In this document: one piece after another, positions 28,301 to 40,695 of the stretch
Position numbering within the stretch: the stretch's first letter is position 1
How the letters are laid out: the number at the start of each line of letters is the position of its first letter
Origin: Ylistrum balloti
Lineage: Eukaryota
Direction: 5' to 3'
Length of the DNA: 64,000 bases
Assembly: GCF_031769215.1 (NCBI RefSeq)
Contig: NW_026781982.1
Location: 1,054,001-1,118,000, forward strand
Made by a program: the position numbers and the translations under genes
The notes under the pieces: model-generated
Database searches by the model: none
What the model was told of the DNA's origin: nothing
What the model saw: the letters and a program-made list of their open reading frames with translations, nothing else

Positions 28301-28879
28301 AACACTTCGATACATCGAGAAATTCGAATAATTGAAGTTCGATTCAAAGAAGTTTTGCTGCAAATGTTTTTTTATATATATATATTGCAATATTTTGATG
28401 CATGTTTGCCATCATATTGTCAAACTAATCCTTGTTACTGAAACAATTTTTCATTTGGTAATGTGCGCTGTTTTAATACTTTTTCAGATGAAAAACCCTG
28501 CCATACTCCTATGGTTACAACAATAATGGTTGGTAGCTCAAGTCATAGGAACCTTCTGAACTTTTTAATGCTATTTCATCGGTGGTCACTCAAGCTGTTA
28601 CAAATATCAAACACTTTTATTTAGTTTGATGCGTTGACGAAATCCATGTAATCAATATGTAATGACAATAAACAGAAACTTATGATTGTCCCGTGATACA
28701 ATATGTATATAAGAGAGGATTAAAATTATGACAATAAACAGAATCTTTTGAACGTCCCGTGATACAAAATGTATAAAAGAGACGATTGAAGTTTTGTGTT
28801 GACGTAGTTGCGAAAACATAAATCAATAAACACTTGAATGATGAAACTTAATGAAAACCATACTTACAGATGAAGTCAT
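22310..28879 (-). CDS. FKRP-like / LicD-family phosphotransferase, type II membrane protein (~585 aa)
   Basis: Main exon 24055-22310 follows a strong acceptor (ttatatttttgcag). It contains a TM segment (LYILICFGIGGMIALPFFF), an FKRP stem-like GT-A region (GEALNMLMENVKTTYTLV...IERL...CDHMDGPFL), a C..C..CC zinc loop (FGCDYEYPC...SPCC) and the LicD motif AGTILGAVK..VIPWEIDAD. The predicted upstream exon 28938-28868 (tttatacag|...ATG ACT TCA TCT|gtaagt) supplies MTSS in matching phase 0. Confidence is high for the main exon and moderate for the micro-exon. Confidence 0.88.
24180..25150 (+). repeat. ~48-bp minisatellite (cacagactggtc...cttcttgagaaacacaaccacgacaa), ~20 copies with a 144-bp higher-order duplication
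   Basis: Units start at 24561, 24609, 24657, 24705 etc. The trimer 24561-24704 is repeated at 24705-24848. Confidence 0.92.
25600..27220 (-). mobile_element. Two rearranged CR1/L2-like LINE ORF2 fragments
   Basis: 27220-26472 is C-terminal (MYGSEIWG, KSTNTAF..EL.RFP, FKYWLKL, FEDEYHFFIKC). 26411-25600 is the endonuclease end to RT start (DFEV..FDPTLSDVHC; LF..IL.SG.VPEAWTTGI..PIYKK). Confidence 0.8.
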
Positions 28880-29579
28880 TTCTCGTGTGTTTAATCTATA
28901 AACGATCAAGATTGCGTTGGTTTTCTCCGCCTTTGTACCTGTATAAAAAAACACACCTGATAAAATCACCAAACAACCCCTATTCCTAAATTAAAAGAAT
29001 TTTTTTCAACACTGTCATAAAATCACCAAACAAACCCTATTCCGAAATTGAGAGATTTTTTTTCAATAGATTTGGCTCTTGCACCTTACTTTTAAATCAT
29101 GCAACATACGTGTATGCAATGAGTAAGTCCATCACAGCCTCGCACTGCAATTAGTCAGAGTGTATGTAAAATGCTCGGTCAGACAAGTCTCCTTATATAC
29201 CCGCCGTAAGCTGAATCAGCATTTCCCCGACTCCGATCAATTGTCAAGCTTATCGCTATTGTATTTTATCGTTTTAGTATAAGAGTTAAATACATAAGAA
29301 TACAATGTACAATATAAAGCTATTATAACACATACAAGATATTCAGATATTATATGAAAATTGATTTTCATTGGACGAGACGAAAAGAAAGAAAAACAGG
29401 CTGGCGGACAGTTGATTACACATCAGAGTACAGGACAACTATTATTTAAATAGTGCCAGACAATATCATTTTACAGTAGGTAATTGGCAGAAGATGCATA
29501 ACAATTAAAAACACATTAGGCTTGAAATGTTGAACGTAATAATAAACTTCATTGTAAATATTTGCTTAAATAGCAACAT

Positions 29580-29988
29580 TTTTACGTAAATTTATATACA
29601 GAGGACAACTCAACATGAAATGGAACTCTTCTATTACTCATCTGGTTACAATTAAAGCAAATCATACGTTCCCTTGGAATATATCTATATCTAATTTCTT
29701 CTAAACGCATCCGATGAGAAGATATAGATATCATTATTTGGAACAGATTTTGATCACTAGTACTGTAAAAAAAATTTGCACAATTAACATCACTCGTTCT
29801 GTAATTGAAGAAAAACACCGACAATGCGCTGTTTGAAAAAAAAAGTCAAAATACTTTTTTCGTTGTCAACTCTATTATCTAACGAGACCAGTTGATAGCA
29901 GTAAGTTTCTGACACCGCCAGGTACATTTTCTGTGATTGAATTCAATTATAGCATCATACACTGAATTCATTATACAGTTATTAGTAT
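29580..29988 (-). mobile_element. Old host CR1-like LINE, 3' piece (continues across the Gypsy insertion)
   Basis: NTNNCIMNSVYDAII...VRNLLLSTG...FKQRIV...SSHR.RLE..RY..IPRER.ICFNC directly continues RKCRIIKYWLKLV, which is found on the other side of the Gypsy element at ~35680-35630. Confidence 0.8.
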
Positions 29989-32900
29989 TGTTGCATAAGT
30001 GCCCACTTACAATGGTTATGCAAAGTTAAAATTAGCAAGAAATATGTCGTCTGCCAATTCAGCTTGTTTTTCTTTACTTCATTATTTTTTCTTATACAAA
30101 AAATGAGGCTCTAAAAACCATCACTTGCACGCTTGCATTCTAATCACTCACACGCTTTACCGTTATCACACAACACCCTCCCCCTTATAAAAAGGTCACT
30201 TGTTGGTACGGAGTTCACAGGCTTTGCAACAGTACAGTTCTAGCTGTTCTGCATCACTTGAGGTCAAGCCTACACAATATCCATGGAACCACACAAAGCA
30301 AAAATCACATTGAATGATCATTATTCCATCATCGGGTTTCTGGCACACACATTGGGTTTCCAAATTTTGGACGTCGCGATTTTCCTGTTGGTCTTTAAAT
30401 CCACTGAGGTAGATTACGGTCGGTGCATAATTTCAATCGCATGGTTCACAGCTTTCTCTGATCTACCAATATGCACTTCATACACATGCGGCGTGTAGCA
30501 CTTCATGATGACTCCAGGACCTTTCCATACTGACTTCAATTTGGGATTTTGACGAGACGGCGTTGCAGTGTCAAATATGAAGACAACATCCCCAACTTTA
30601 TACCGGGTTTCATGTTCGCGGACATCGTAATCCCTTTTCATTCGTTTCTGTGACGTTTTTAAGGTTCTCCTTGCCACATCATTTGCACTTTGAATGACAT
30701 CGATGAGCTTTTCCACATATGTATCCACATCCTGTGCCTTTTCTCCTGGTGGATTGCGGTATAAGATATCTGCTGGCTGGTTGGTCTCACGCCCAAGCAT
30801 TAACTGATTGGCTGTATATAATGTTTGTCGGTTGACCGAACACCTTAATACACCCGCTTTCTGTGGTAAGTGAATATACCACTCTTTTTGCGACTTTATA
30901 AAGCACCGGATAGCATTCATAATCGTGCGATTGAATCGCTCGACCTGTCCATTGGCAGAGGGTTTTATGGATCTGCATCACTTCACATAAAGCCTTGAAC
31001 AACCGGCTCTCGAAATGCCGGCCTTAGTCAGTATGAATTTGGAATGGATATCCAAATCTTGCAAAACATTCATTGACGGCGGCCCTTGCTGTTGTCTCAG
31101 TTGTTTGTGTTGGTAACGGGACACACTCTGCCCATCCAGTAAACTGATCTACCATAACTAGAATATGTTCGTTTCCCATAGCTGTACATGGAAGTGGCCC
31201 CATAAAGTCCAGATGGACTCTCTCCATTGGCTCCCCTGACTGAAACAAGCTCATGGCGCAACGATCTTTCCGACTGGGTTTCTTGTTGGTATTACGGACC
31301 ATGCATGACTTGACAAACTTCTGAACATCTCGGGGCAAGCAATACCAATGGAACCATTGGCGTACCATACTTTCGGTGCGATTTATGCACTGATGTGCAC
31401 TAGCTGGGATATCATGACAATGAAAGATGGCATCGTCCCTCATGCTCTGAGGTACTATTAGATATTCCGACTCATCAGTGTCTTCAGGACTCCTCCTCAA
31501 TAACACACCTTGTTCATCCAGATGATATAACTCTCTGTTTATCCAGTAGTATTTCGTTGCTCTATCAGACCCAAATACCTCTCATTTATCTGCTTCTTTT
31601 CCGCTTTTTAGCCATTCCCGAAGAAAAGATAACTCTGGATCCTTATCTTGTTCTACCTGTATCTCTTTAGCAGTATCTTTACAGTTGAATGTCTACAGCA
31701 TTCACATCCGGTCCATCTTCAGATGTCAAGATTTTGAATCCATACGACGATACTTCTACAGTTGTTCACCTGACAAGTTGACCTTGCCCCAGCAGATAGT
31801 GGCGAAACTGTCTAGTGAATCGAACCACCGCTAAGAGTTCTTTACGCGTGGTACAGTACCTGCGTTGTTCTGGTGTCAAAGCGTAACTTGCATAGGCGTT
31901 CTTTCCTCGCCATCCTGTACATGGCACAATTCACTGCCAATTGCAAAATCTGATGCATCGGTGTCAAGTTTTGAACATGTCATGATGATTTAGTATGGTC
32001 AATGCAGGAGGTGAGCTCAGTGAGGGTTGTAACTTGTCAAATGCTATTTGATGTTTTTCATTCCACCTGAAGTCATTTTTTCCAGTCAACCCATGAAGGG
32101 GAGCAGCAATTTTGGCGTTCCCGGAAATGAATGAACGGTGGTAATTGGCAAAGCCAAGAAACTGCTCTACCTCTATATGTTGTAGGAGTTGGCCATTCTT
32201 TCATTCTCTCCACATGTTTGTCACTGGGTTCAATGCCATCTTCATTTAGAGTTCGTCCTAAGAACTTCACCTTTAAGCCTCGAAGAACAAGATTCATAAC
32301 CGTGGCATAGGTCGCATGAGCGTTGCAAAGACCAAAGCCCATTTTGACGAACTGAAACAATCCATGTTTTGCGGTCTTTGGTTTGTCCTCCTTTTTGATT
32401 GGGACTTGCAAATAGGCCGAATTTGCATCGAGCTTGGAGAACCAGATGTTATCTGTAAGTGCATCAAGGCATTCTTCTGTCAAGGGTAGTGGAAAAACGT
32501 CCTTCGTTGTTACAGAATTGAGACCCCGATAGTCTATGCACTAGCGCACTCAACCATCGCGTTTACGTATCAATACTGGCGCTGATGCCCATTCTGACGT
32601 AGAGGAATCAATGACCCCAGCGGTTTTCTCAATTGAGATTCCTCCTCATTAGAAAAGCATTCTGAAGTTTCACGAAATCGTTGCTTCATTGGTTTTGCCA
32701 TCCCTGTGTCAATATTTTGCTCAATGGCACTGAAATGATCCAAATCAAAGTCATTTTTCGCAAAAACATCCGAATAGTCGTGTGTGAGTGTCGGAAATTT
32801 GCTTAACTCGTCAGCAGATAGCTGTCCTTGGGCGTCATTAATCACACATTGCAGATTGAATTGGGCTTTATCTGTCCTGATCACAGAGCAAGGTGTCCAC

Positions 32901-35627
32901 AAATATGGGATCAATGTGCTTTTTCTGGTCAAGAATTTCTGTTGCCTCACTAGTTGTAGCCAATTAAGTTTTCCTTTTCAGAATTATATTTCTGTCTGTG
33001 ACATTGACACAATACAACTTTATATGAGAATTCGTGTGGTGAACTGATCTAGGAATAAATATTCCAAATTCTGCTGTAGATTCCACAATCACATCAGAAC
33101 AATCAATGTTTCCTGCTACATTATTGGGTGGTACCCCAGTCCGTTTCCGCACATACACCTTACATCTGGAGCAATTGGAATTCCTTTCCTGTTTTCTCAC
33201 AGATAGATGTTCTCCAATCAAACGCATATCAAGAATATTTCTGGGAGATATTAAGTTGTCCGTTATTGTCCTTTAAAAAGTCTAGACCCAACAAGATGTC
33301 ATCCTCTATTGGTCCAACGTAAATGTTACGATGGTAACTCATAGTTCCTATATCCAATTCTATGGATCCAATTATAAAGCTTTCTATTGGTTGGTTCCTT
33401 CCTGAAGCATTAAGTGTCACACGTTTTAATATATGTAGTGGCTCAAAAAGGTTCCTGTAGACCTCATACGAAAGTATTGAAATTTCTGCACCAGTGTCCA
33501 CTACTGCTCTAGTTTCATAACCTCTTGAAACATGGATGTTGATCGTAATCGGTTAAGTTTATTGTTTTCAGTTTCTGAGGATTCGGATGTCTTAACACTA
33601 CGTGTGTCTCCATCCTCCTTAAAACTTATTTTGTTCATGCCTCCATCCTCATCAGAACCTCCATGATATTATCCTCTTCAGACACTACCTGCTTATTCGT
33701 CACCTTTTCCTGGTTGTCCGACCCATTCGGGTTTAACTGAATCAGCTCTTTTCTTGTTCCTCCTCCTCATCCTCTGTCACGATAAAACCACTATCAACAG
33801 TCTGTATTGATTTTTTATCCTCCGATTTAGGACAATTTGGCTTTATGTGTCCCTTTTCTCCACAGAGATAGCAAATTATATCCTTCTCAGCCGAAACTAA
33901 CTCTTATATCTTTTGGAGAAATTGTTGCATACTAGTCACTTTGTCCTCCAGGGATGACTGGTTACCCACATCTGATGTCCATGTTGACGATTTAAATGTG
34001 GGTTTCCTCGGAAAGGCCCTGCTTACAGTTATATCCTCGTCTATTTTATTGACTACCTCCTCAGTGGTGTGTAATTTTAGGTTGGAGACGTGCTGACCTG
34101 CTTCCTTGTCCAGAGCCCCTTGTCAGATTGTTAAAATTGCCTGTCTGTACATTAATTCATCTGGGAGGTCATGATATACTCTAGTAGACAAGGACAATAC
34201 TCTAGCAGCCCAATCAGCAAGTTTTTTCTCCTGGATATTGGTGTGTATTACGGAGACGTGCTTGGGTGGTCTCGGCGAGTAATTTAAACCAAAGCGACGT
34301 TCCATCCTAGAGATAATGTGAAATTCATTATTTGGGTCACACTCGAGAAGCATAAAGTATTCGCTGACCTTACCCTCTAGTATCCAAAGAGGTTATCCCT
34401 ACGTTCGCGAGCAGTGAGGCTTTCTGATTCAACAAACTTTTTGAACTTAGTATAGAATGCCTTCCAGTCCGAACTACCATCATATCGTAATGTTTTAGGG
34501 ATAATGACACGTCCCCGTCTCTGTGGTTGATTTTTATGTCGACCATAGAACTCTTGCTGCTCCTCTCTAGGGTCGCGCTGACGCAGACCTCGATATCCAT
34601 AGTTGTCGCCTCGTTGCTGCAGATATCCATTACCACGTTGTTGATATCCATAATTGTCACTGCGTTGTTGATATCCATAGCTGGTGGGGAAAGAGGGCGG
34701 GGCGATGATTTTTGCGGGAATTCTGATCCATAGTCAGGATTCCTTTGAGAAGTATTAGATCCATCTTGGCCATATTGTTGCATTTGTGGCATAGCACGTT
34801 TGTCATATCTCTCATAAGGAGGTGAAAAGTCATTACACTTTAACATGGCATCCGTTGGTTTGAGATATGGTATTGCTAAAAATATGAAATCTCCCCAATA
34901 CATCGCGTACTTGTAGAATTTTATCAGTCAGTCTTCCTCCAATACCAGGTATCTCCAGTAATTCTGGCCTATCGCAGAATCATTATGACAGGGGGAAAGG
35001 CGACAACAGGTCACCAACCGCACAACCACAATTTATTGTTTGAGTCTTTTCCAACTTCTTTCCTCAATTTTCCTCAAAATTCTCGTCATCAGACGACTGT
35101 GATGATTTTTTTTCCACAATACGAATATCACTTGCTGGCTTCTCAAGTTTGGAAATATCTGATCGGATTCCACTTGTAACCACTGTTGCTTTATTTCTGA
35201 TTTCACGTGCAAGCCGTCAGCAGAACAACTACCACGCCGAAATGAAAATATATTGAAGGAGAGGGGATTGGCGTCAACAGAAAACCTACCACCAACTTTA
35301 CATTGACAAGACCACGCCTGCAAAGCACGATGAATCCTCTACCCGGGATCTGCACCGCCTTCTAACACCAAAATTACTGAAAGTCAACGTAGAAATTCAG
35401 CAAAATGACTTCCGCGAACATTCCGGATTGCTCGTGACGCCACTATTGCATAAGTGCCCGCGTACAATGGTTATGCAAAGGTAAACGTAAGAAGAAATAT
35501 GTCGTCTGCCAATTCAGCTTGTTTTTAATCGTCTTTTCTTTTTCTTGTACAAAAATTGAGGCCCTCAAAAAATCATTTGCACGCTTGCATTCTAATCACT
35601 CACACGCTTTACCGTTATCACACAACA
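29989..35627 (-). mobile_element. Full-length decayed Ty3/Gypsy LTR retrotransposon (5.6 kb)
   Basis: 3' LTR 29989-30175 (187 bp, TGTTG...CAACA) and 5' LTR 35444-35627. TSD GTAT at 29985-29988 and 35628-35631. PPT aagggggaggg abuts the 3' LTR and a PBS-like TGGCGTCACGAG follows the 5' LTR. Coding remnants: gag with CCHC knuckle CYLCGEKGHIKPNC (~33880-33835), protease VDTGAEISILS, RT (WFSKLDANSAY..VPI, MGFGLCNA), RNaseH DTDASDFAIG, integrase HDIPASAH..C / ERVHLDFMGP / LVMVDQFT / GPG. Many frameshifts. Confidence 0.96.
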
Positions 35628-35631
35628 GTAT

Positions 35632-36427
35632 TGACTAATTTCAACCAGTATTTGATTATTCGGCATTTTCGAGTAATATGCAGACGTACGACCTAGTTCA
35701 GAATATAGCATTAAAGAATGTGTACTATTTTTAACTTTTAAGACTTTTCCCCAAGAAATCAGTAACTATGTTCTTTTTCTATCTGATCAACTGGGATAAA
35801 ACCCCAGACTTTACAGCTATAATTAAGAATGGATGAAAAATAAACATCAAAAACATTCAATTAAGGTTCAACATTTAAAGCTAGATTATTACACACTTTT
35901 AGAACTGAATAAACCAGTCGGCTGAGATTTAGTAAATTTACCGTTAAAGTTCACTGAAACACCAAGGTAAGTAGAGGCATCAACAATTTCTATTTCACTG
36001 TCTTAAAAGTAAAACTTGTCATTTGTAAAAAAACATCTACCACCATTTCGGAATACAACAATTTTAGTTATGTTTCTATATCATCTGCCGACTGCCATTT
36101 GACATTATATAATTTCAAAGACTCTAACAACTTCTGTAAAACGGGAGCTGACTCTAGAGAAGAACTGTGTCAGCATACATCAATAGAAACATCACATGAC
36201 GTATTAATGAACTGTCTTTCAAGGTCGTTTACATGCATAGAATAAAGGATATAACCCTTTACCTTGCATCAAGTTTTGCGTGTGGAAAAGAAATCAGACA
36301 ACCCCGACTTGTGTCTCACACATAATTTTAAATTTAAATTGTAAATCAGACAGTGACTTCTTAATATCTAAGAACTTTCCTCTTATCCCACTTCGATACA
36401 ATTTTGAAAATAATTTATTTCTGTTTA
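35632..36427 (-). mobile_element. Old host CR1-like LINE, middle piece (RT core to C-terminal region)
   Basis: NRNKLFSKLYRSGIRGKFLDIKKSL...LSDFFS...MHVNDLE...LMYAD.VLL.ES..LQKLL...KTKIVVFRNG...YLGV..NFNGKF...ELGR...RKCRIIKYWLKL. Confidence 0.82.
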
Positions 36428-39400
36428 TTTCAAATTCTTCATGAGGAGTAGCTAATCATTTCACTTCATATATCATTTTAAAAAAAGCTGCTTCCAAAAT
36501 TTGTTTCTTGTTGATTTAGAAAAATGTTCATAAAATCTGTCACCCAAAATGTCAACTTGCAGACCAAGTTTAAAGGTACATGTAGTTTCAGTTACATTAA
36601 AAAAATATGTGCCAAGAAGGATGAAACATCATTTGTTAGTAGTCCACCTTCCTCCTTAGCTTGTATTATCTGTTTCCTAGCAACTCTATCTGTGGAGCTA
36701 CCCCAAATGTACGAGTATATCACCAATCCACATTGCATTAGTTTTGTCAATGTTTGGTTTCAATCCAGAATATCTTGTAAATTGCTCAAGCAAGTTTAAT
36801 GCTGATCTGAGCGAGCTGTCAGATAGTCTAAGAGAAATTTTGTATCATCGGCAAATTGAGATAGCTTGGTTTCTTTACTTTTAACTGTTATTCTCTTAAT
36901 GTTAACATTATTTCTTGCCACAATGGCCATAATTGCAGCACAAATAATAAAAAGGTAAGGCGAGACTGGGTCTCCTTGTCTGCAACCTCTTCCTATATTA
37001 AAAAATTGTGAAAAATACCATTTTGTATAACACAAAGGTTAAAGTTATTATTGATAATTGTAATCCAATTTTGAATGTTTGGTCAAAAGTTAAAAAAAAC
37101 TAAGGTTTTGTATATGAATATCCAAGACAAAGAACCAAACGCTTTCTCGAAATCTACAAACAGTGCCAATACTGGTTTATTGTTAGTTTCAAGAAAGCTC
37201 ATAATATCATACAAAGTTCGAGTGTTCTCGCCTATAAATCTGCCCTTAAGAAATCCTGTTTGATTTTCGTGAATCAATCCAGGTAATATAGGTTTAATCC
37301 TGTTAGATATACAACCTGATGGTAGTTTGTAAGTCGTATTTAAAAGTGATATCGGTCTCCATTTTCTTCAAAAAATATATTGCCTTTTGATATTAAAGTA
37401 ATAATGCCTTACTTTTGTGAGACAGACAATGAGTTACAAATGAAAGAGTATTTTACAGACCTATAAATAAAATGTTTAATTTCGTTCCAAACGGATTTGA
37501 AAAATTCAGCTGGGAATCCATCAGGGCCTGGGCTTTTACCGTTATTGAGAGATTTTAATGCTACAGCCAATTCTTGTAAAGAAATATGAAATTCTAGGTT
37601 TTTTTTTTTTTCATTTCTTCAGACAATTTTGGTACATCATAATCCTTCAAAAATATATACAAATCAAAATCTTCAAGGTTTTCATCTCGGTTTCTGTATA
37701 TATTACAATAGAACTATTTAATTTCATAAAGCAATTGTTTTTGATCAGTAACCTCATTTCCCTCATCATTAATAATTCTAGTTACTGTTTTATTTACATA
37801 ATGCCTCTTCTCGAGATTGGAAAAGTATTTACTTGGCTTTTCCCTATCTTCCACCCATTTTACTTTAGCTCTTATAGATAGTCCTTTTATATAATCCTTT
37901 CTCAGAATTTCCTGTTCAATTTTCTTTTCTATCATTATACTTGAGAAAGTTTCAGATTCTGGTGATAAATCACACATTGAAGAAGATTTATTTGACTTTC
38001 CAGATTGTGTGATCTAAACATAATTTTCCGCTTGATTTCAGCACTATAAGCTACAGCCATACATCGTATTTCTAGAAGCAGTACTTCTAACAGCAGATGG
38101 TCATTAATCATAAAATGTAAATCTGCGACGTCGGTTTTTTATCATTACGTTTTTCTATATTGTATGGTGTTGCTGCGTATCTTCGTACTATGACTTGTAT
38201 AACTCCCTTTACCTTTTCAACATATTCATTATCACGTAAGAGTGAAGTATTGAATTTCCAGAAGTCTTTGCCCCTTTCAAATTGAGAAAATTTCAAATGT
38301 AGCTCAATAATGGCATGATGACTTTTATAGCCTGGTATAATATCTGATCGCTCATGGACTGACAGTAGTTGTTCAGCCACTAAAAGGAAATCAAGTCTAC
38401 CTTTCTTAACTGGCGACTTTTCAAACCATGTGAATCGACGAAGATTAACACGCCATGGATCACAGAGCTCTAACCCTTCCATCATTTTCAAAACTTCTTG
38501 TCTGAATTTGTATTGTTCACATGTGCATAATTATATGTGTAAATTTTTGGATCTGTAACTAAGTTGCAATCTCCACACATTATTACAAAGTCATTATCAA
38601 GATAAACCACAATTTCTCGGATCTTTTTGAAAAACGCATTGGTATCTTTGTCAGGCCCATATATATTTATAAGAGTTAAAGTAGAATTACACATTTTTAT
38701 ACTCAGTGCTATCAAATTTCCCTTTTCATCTGACTTTACTTCTTCTACTTTATAGTCAAAGTTAGTATTAAGAATTATTGCGCCACCGAGGGAATTTCCT
38801 TTAGAATTGTTGAGGACACATTCGTAACCCCACTGAGCTCTTATGAAGGCAGCATCTGAATCTTTAAAATGTGTATCCTAGATACAGTATATTGCACAAT
38901 GTTTACACTTGCGTTGCATTCTCTCTAGATGAAGTAAGCCCAACCCAATGTTAATAATTTTCGATATTTACGTACGGTGATAAGGCTTGCGCATAGATAT
39001 CAAATAAAATGTAAGAACTACTTGTCCAAGTTGCGAACACTACAAAACGAGATTATAGTTTATGTCGTTCAGAAAAGTAAAGAAAATACACAACCTACCC
39101 TCAGTATGAATTATTCTGCTGCAGCCTTTCAGTCAAACATGTCATCAGGGTTTCTATCTAACTCATCCTTCCATGGATGCACGTTAACATTCAACAACAC
39201 GCACTAGCAATATCAACGTGGAGAACATGGCGTGTCATGTTCATCGTTTTCCCACTCTTTCGGGCTCGATCGGGCGGCCTCATTACGTATTTATAGATAT
39301 ATACCTGCGCGGTGTTAAATAATGAATTTGTGTACTATGAAAGAGGAATATTGTGTAAATGATGAACTATTGATTCTTAAAACTAAAAGATGTCTAAATA

Positions 39401-39781
39401 TTTAAATGAATATCATAAAACATGTTGATTGTTCTCTTATCTTTGAAAATTATTTTGTTTACTGTACTTGTCAACGGCAGCGCCACCTAGTGTTTTTATA
39501 TTTACTTGGCTGTTCTATAAAGCGGGCGGCTGTTCGAACAATGTGTATAAGGTGATCTTTTTTATTTGTTTTTAATTTCAAAGTGACCAAGTGTAAATAT
39601 AAGGATTGCACGCGCACCAAGTTGAATATGGACTTATCCCAATGTAAATACAATTCGATGCAGCTACAGAAAATAAGAAACAATCCTTAAATGTTGGTTT
39701 TTTAAAGTAATTAAAAACGTCCTTTCTTGTATTATAATCACCCAGGCCCTGTGCAATAAAGGACAGTATTTTAATCGACAT
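36428..39781 (-). mobile_element. L1/Tx1-clade LINE ORF2 (endonuclease + RT), decayed, 3'-truncated, interrupted by a 786-bp insert
   Basis: SIKILSFIAQGLGDYNTRKDVFNYFKK (39781-39697) rejoins HCAIYCI*DTHF...RAQWG (38903 downward). Also NIYGP..D, MCGDCN, DPWR, GRLDFLL, S.H, RAKVKW.EDREKPSKYF..LEK, QTGFLKGRFIGEN, DFEKAF, GRGCRQGDPVSPYLF, SQFADD. Confidence 0.9.
38904..39689. mobile_element. Unclassified 786-bp insertion within the L1 endonuclease
   Basis: Flanked by aatgtt at 38898-38903 and 39690-39695. Removing it restores ...NYFKK(Q)HCAIYC with a 1-nt offset. No TIRs seen. Confidence 0.55.
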
Positions 39782-39859
39782 ATCTGTTAAAGAGTATCAT
39801 TTGTGACTTTCAAGAGCACATTATATATATTGGCTGGCAGCCAGCAATAACCTTTAGTG

Positions 39860-40572
39860 TGTTATGTATAAATATTGTGTATTAATCTAAATCCAGATGT
39901 GCTGTGTTTACATGTATTGTATCATATTGAGTGTTTACATAAAAACCTGTTTATAATTATTTGGCGCAATTTGTATAGAAAGTCCTAGGCAGATTTTTCT
40001 AGAAAGTTCGGTTGCTAGAGTGACCTGTTTGTTTCCGGGAGTTTCGAAATCTAGTAAGTTCGGTTATTAGAATTACCTGGGCGTTTCCGGAAGTTTCTAG
40101 ATATAAATGTAAATAAGCTAGGTACCTGAAAGTCTAGAATCATCTAGATAAGAACTTTCTAGAAATATTTAGTGTATATAAACATGATGGGACTGAGTCT
40201 GAGCAGCCTTTTTTAAGTATTAACGCCTTGAGTGAGATTGCTTTGAGACTTCAGTCTGTGAAGTGTGGACTTTTACAGTAATTCAGTGATAATGCCTTGC
40301 GGACTTGCACTTATACATACCCAACGAGGAAACAATTCTTGGATAAGTCTTCGGATACCCTGTTTTCGGGACAATCTTTTGTGAATTCTGCTGGATTTGG
40401 AGAACTTCCATCGCAAGATAAGTTCTGACTTTTGATTAATTAGTGGCTAGCTCTGTGCACCATCGCAATATTTGTAACTTTACTGTAGAATTTATTTTTT
40501 GTTATTAAAGTGTTGAATTGTAAACCTAGCTGTTGGGTTTCATTTGCTGTACGTTAATTCCGTAACGTAACA
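39860..40572 (+). mobile_element. Solo LTR (713 bp) with 4-bp TSD
   Basis: Termini TGTTATG...CGTAACA; AGTG at 39856-39859 and 40573-40576; TATATAAA at 40175; ATTAAA at ~40504. Confidence 0.85.
39996..40182 (+). promoter_or_regulatory. Cluster of three perfect heat-shock elements plus TATA box inside the solo LTR
   Basis: tTTCt-aGAAa-gTTCg (39996-40010); tTTCc-gGAAg-tTTCt-aGATa (40084-40103); aGAAc-tTTCt-aGAAa (40151-40165); TATATAAA at 40175-40182. Function is inferred from the HSF consensus. Confidence 0.7.
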
Positions 40573-40695
40573 AGTGTAATACAAAAAAATTATGGTCCTA
40601 CTAACAGAACACACATAAAACAAGAATAGATTTGTTCTATCCTTCCATCTAACATTCCCTACCTACACCTGGAACTGCTATATGGCCATCTAATT

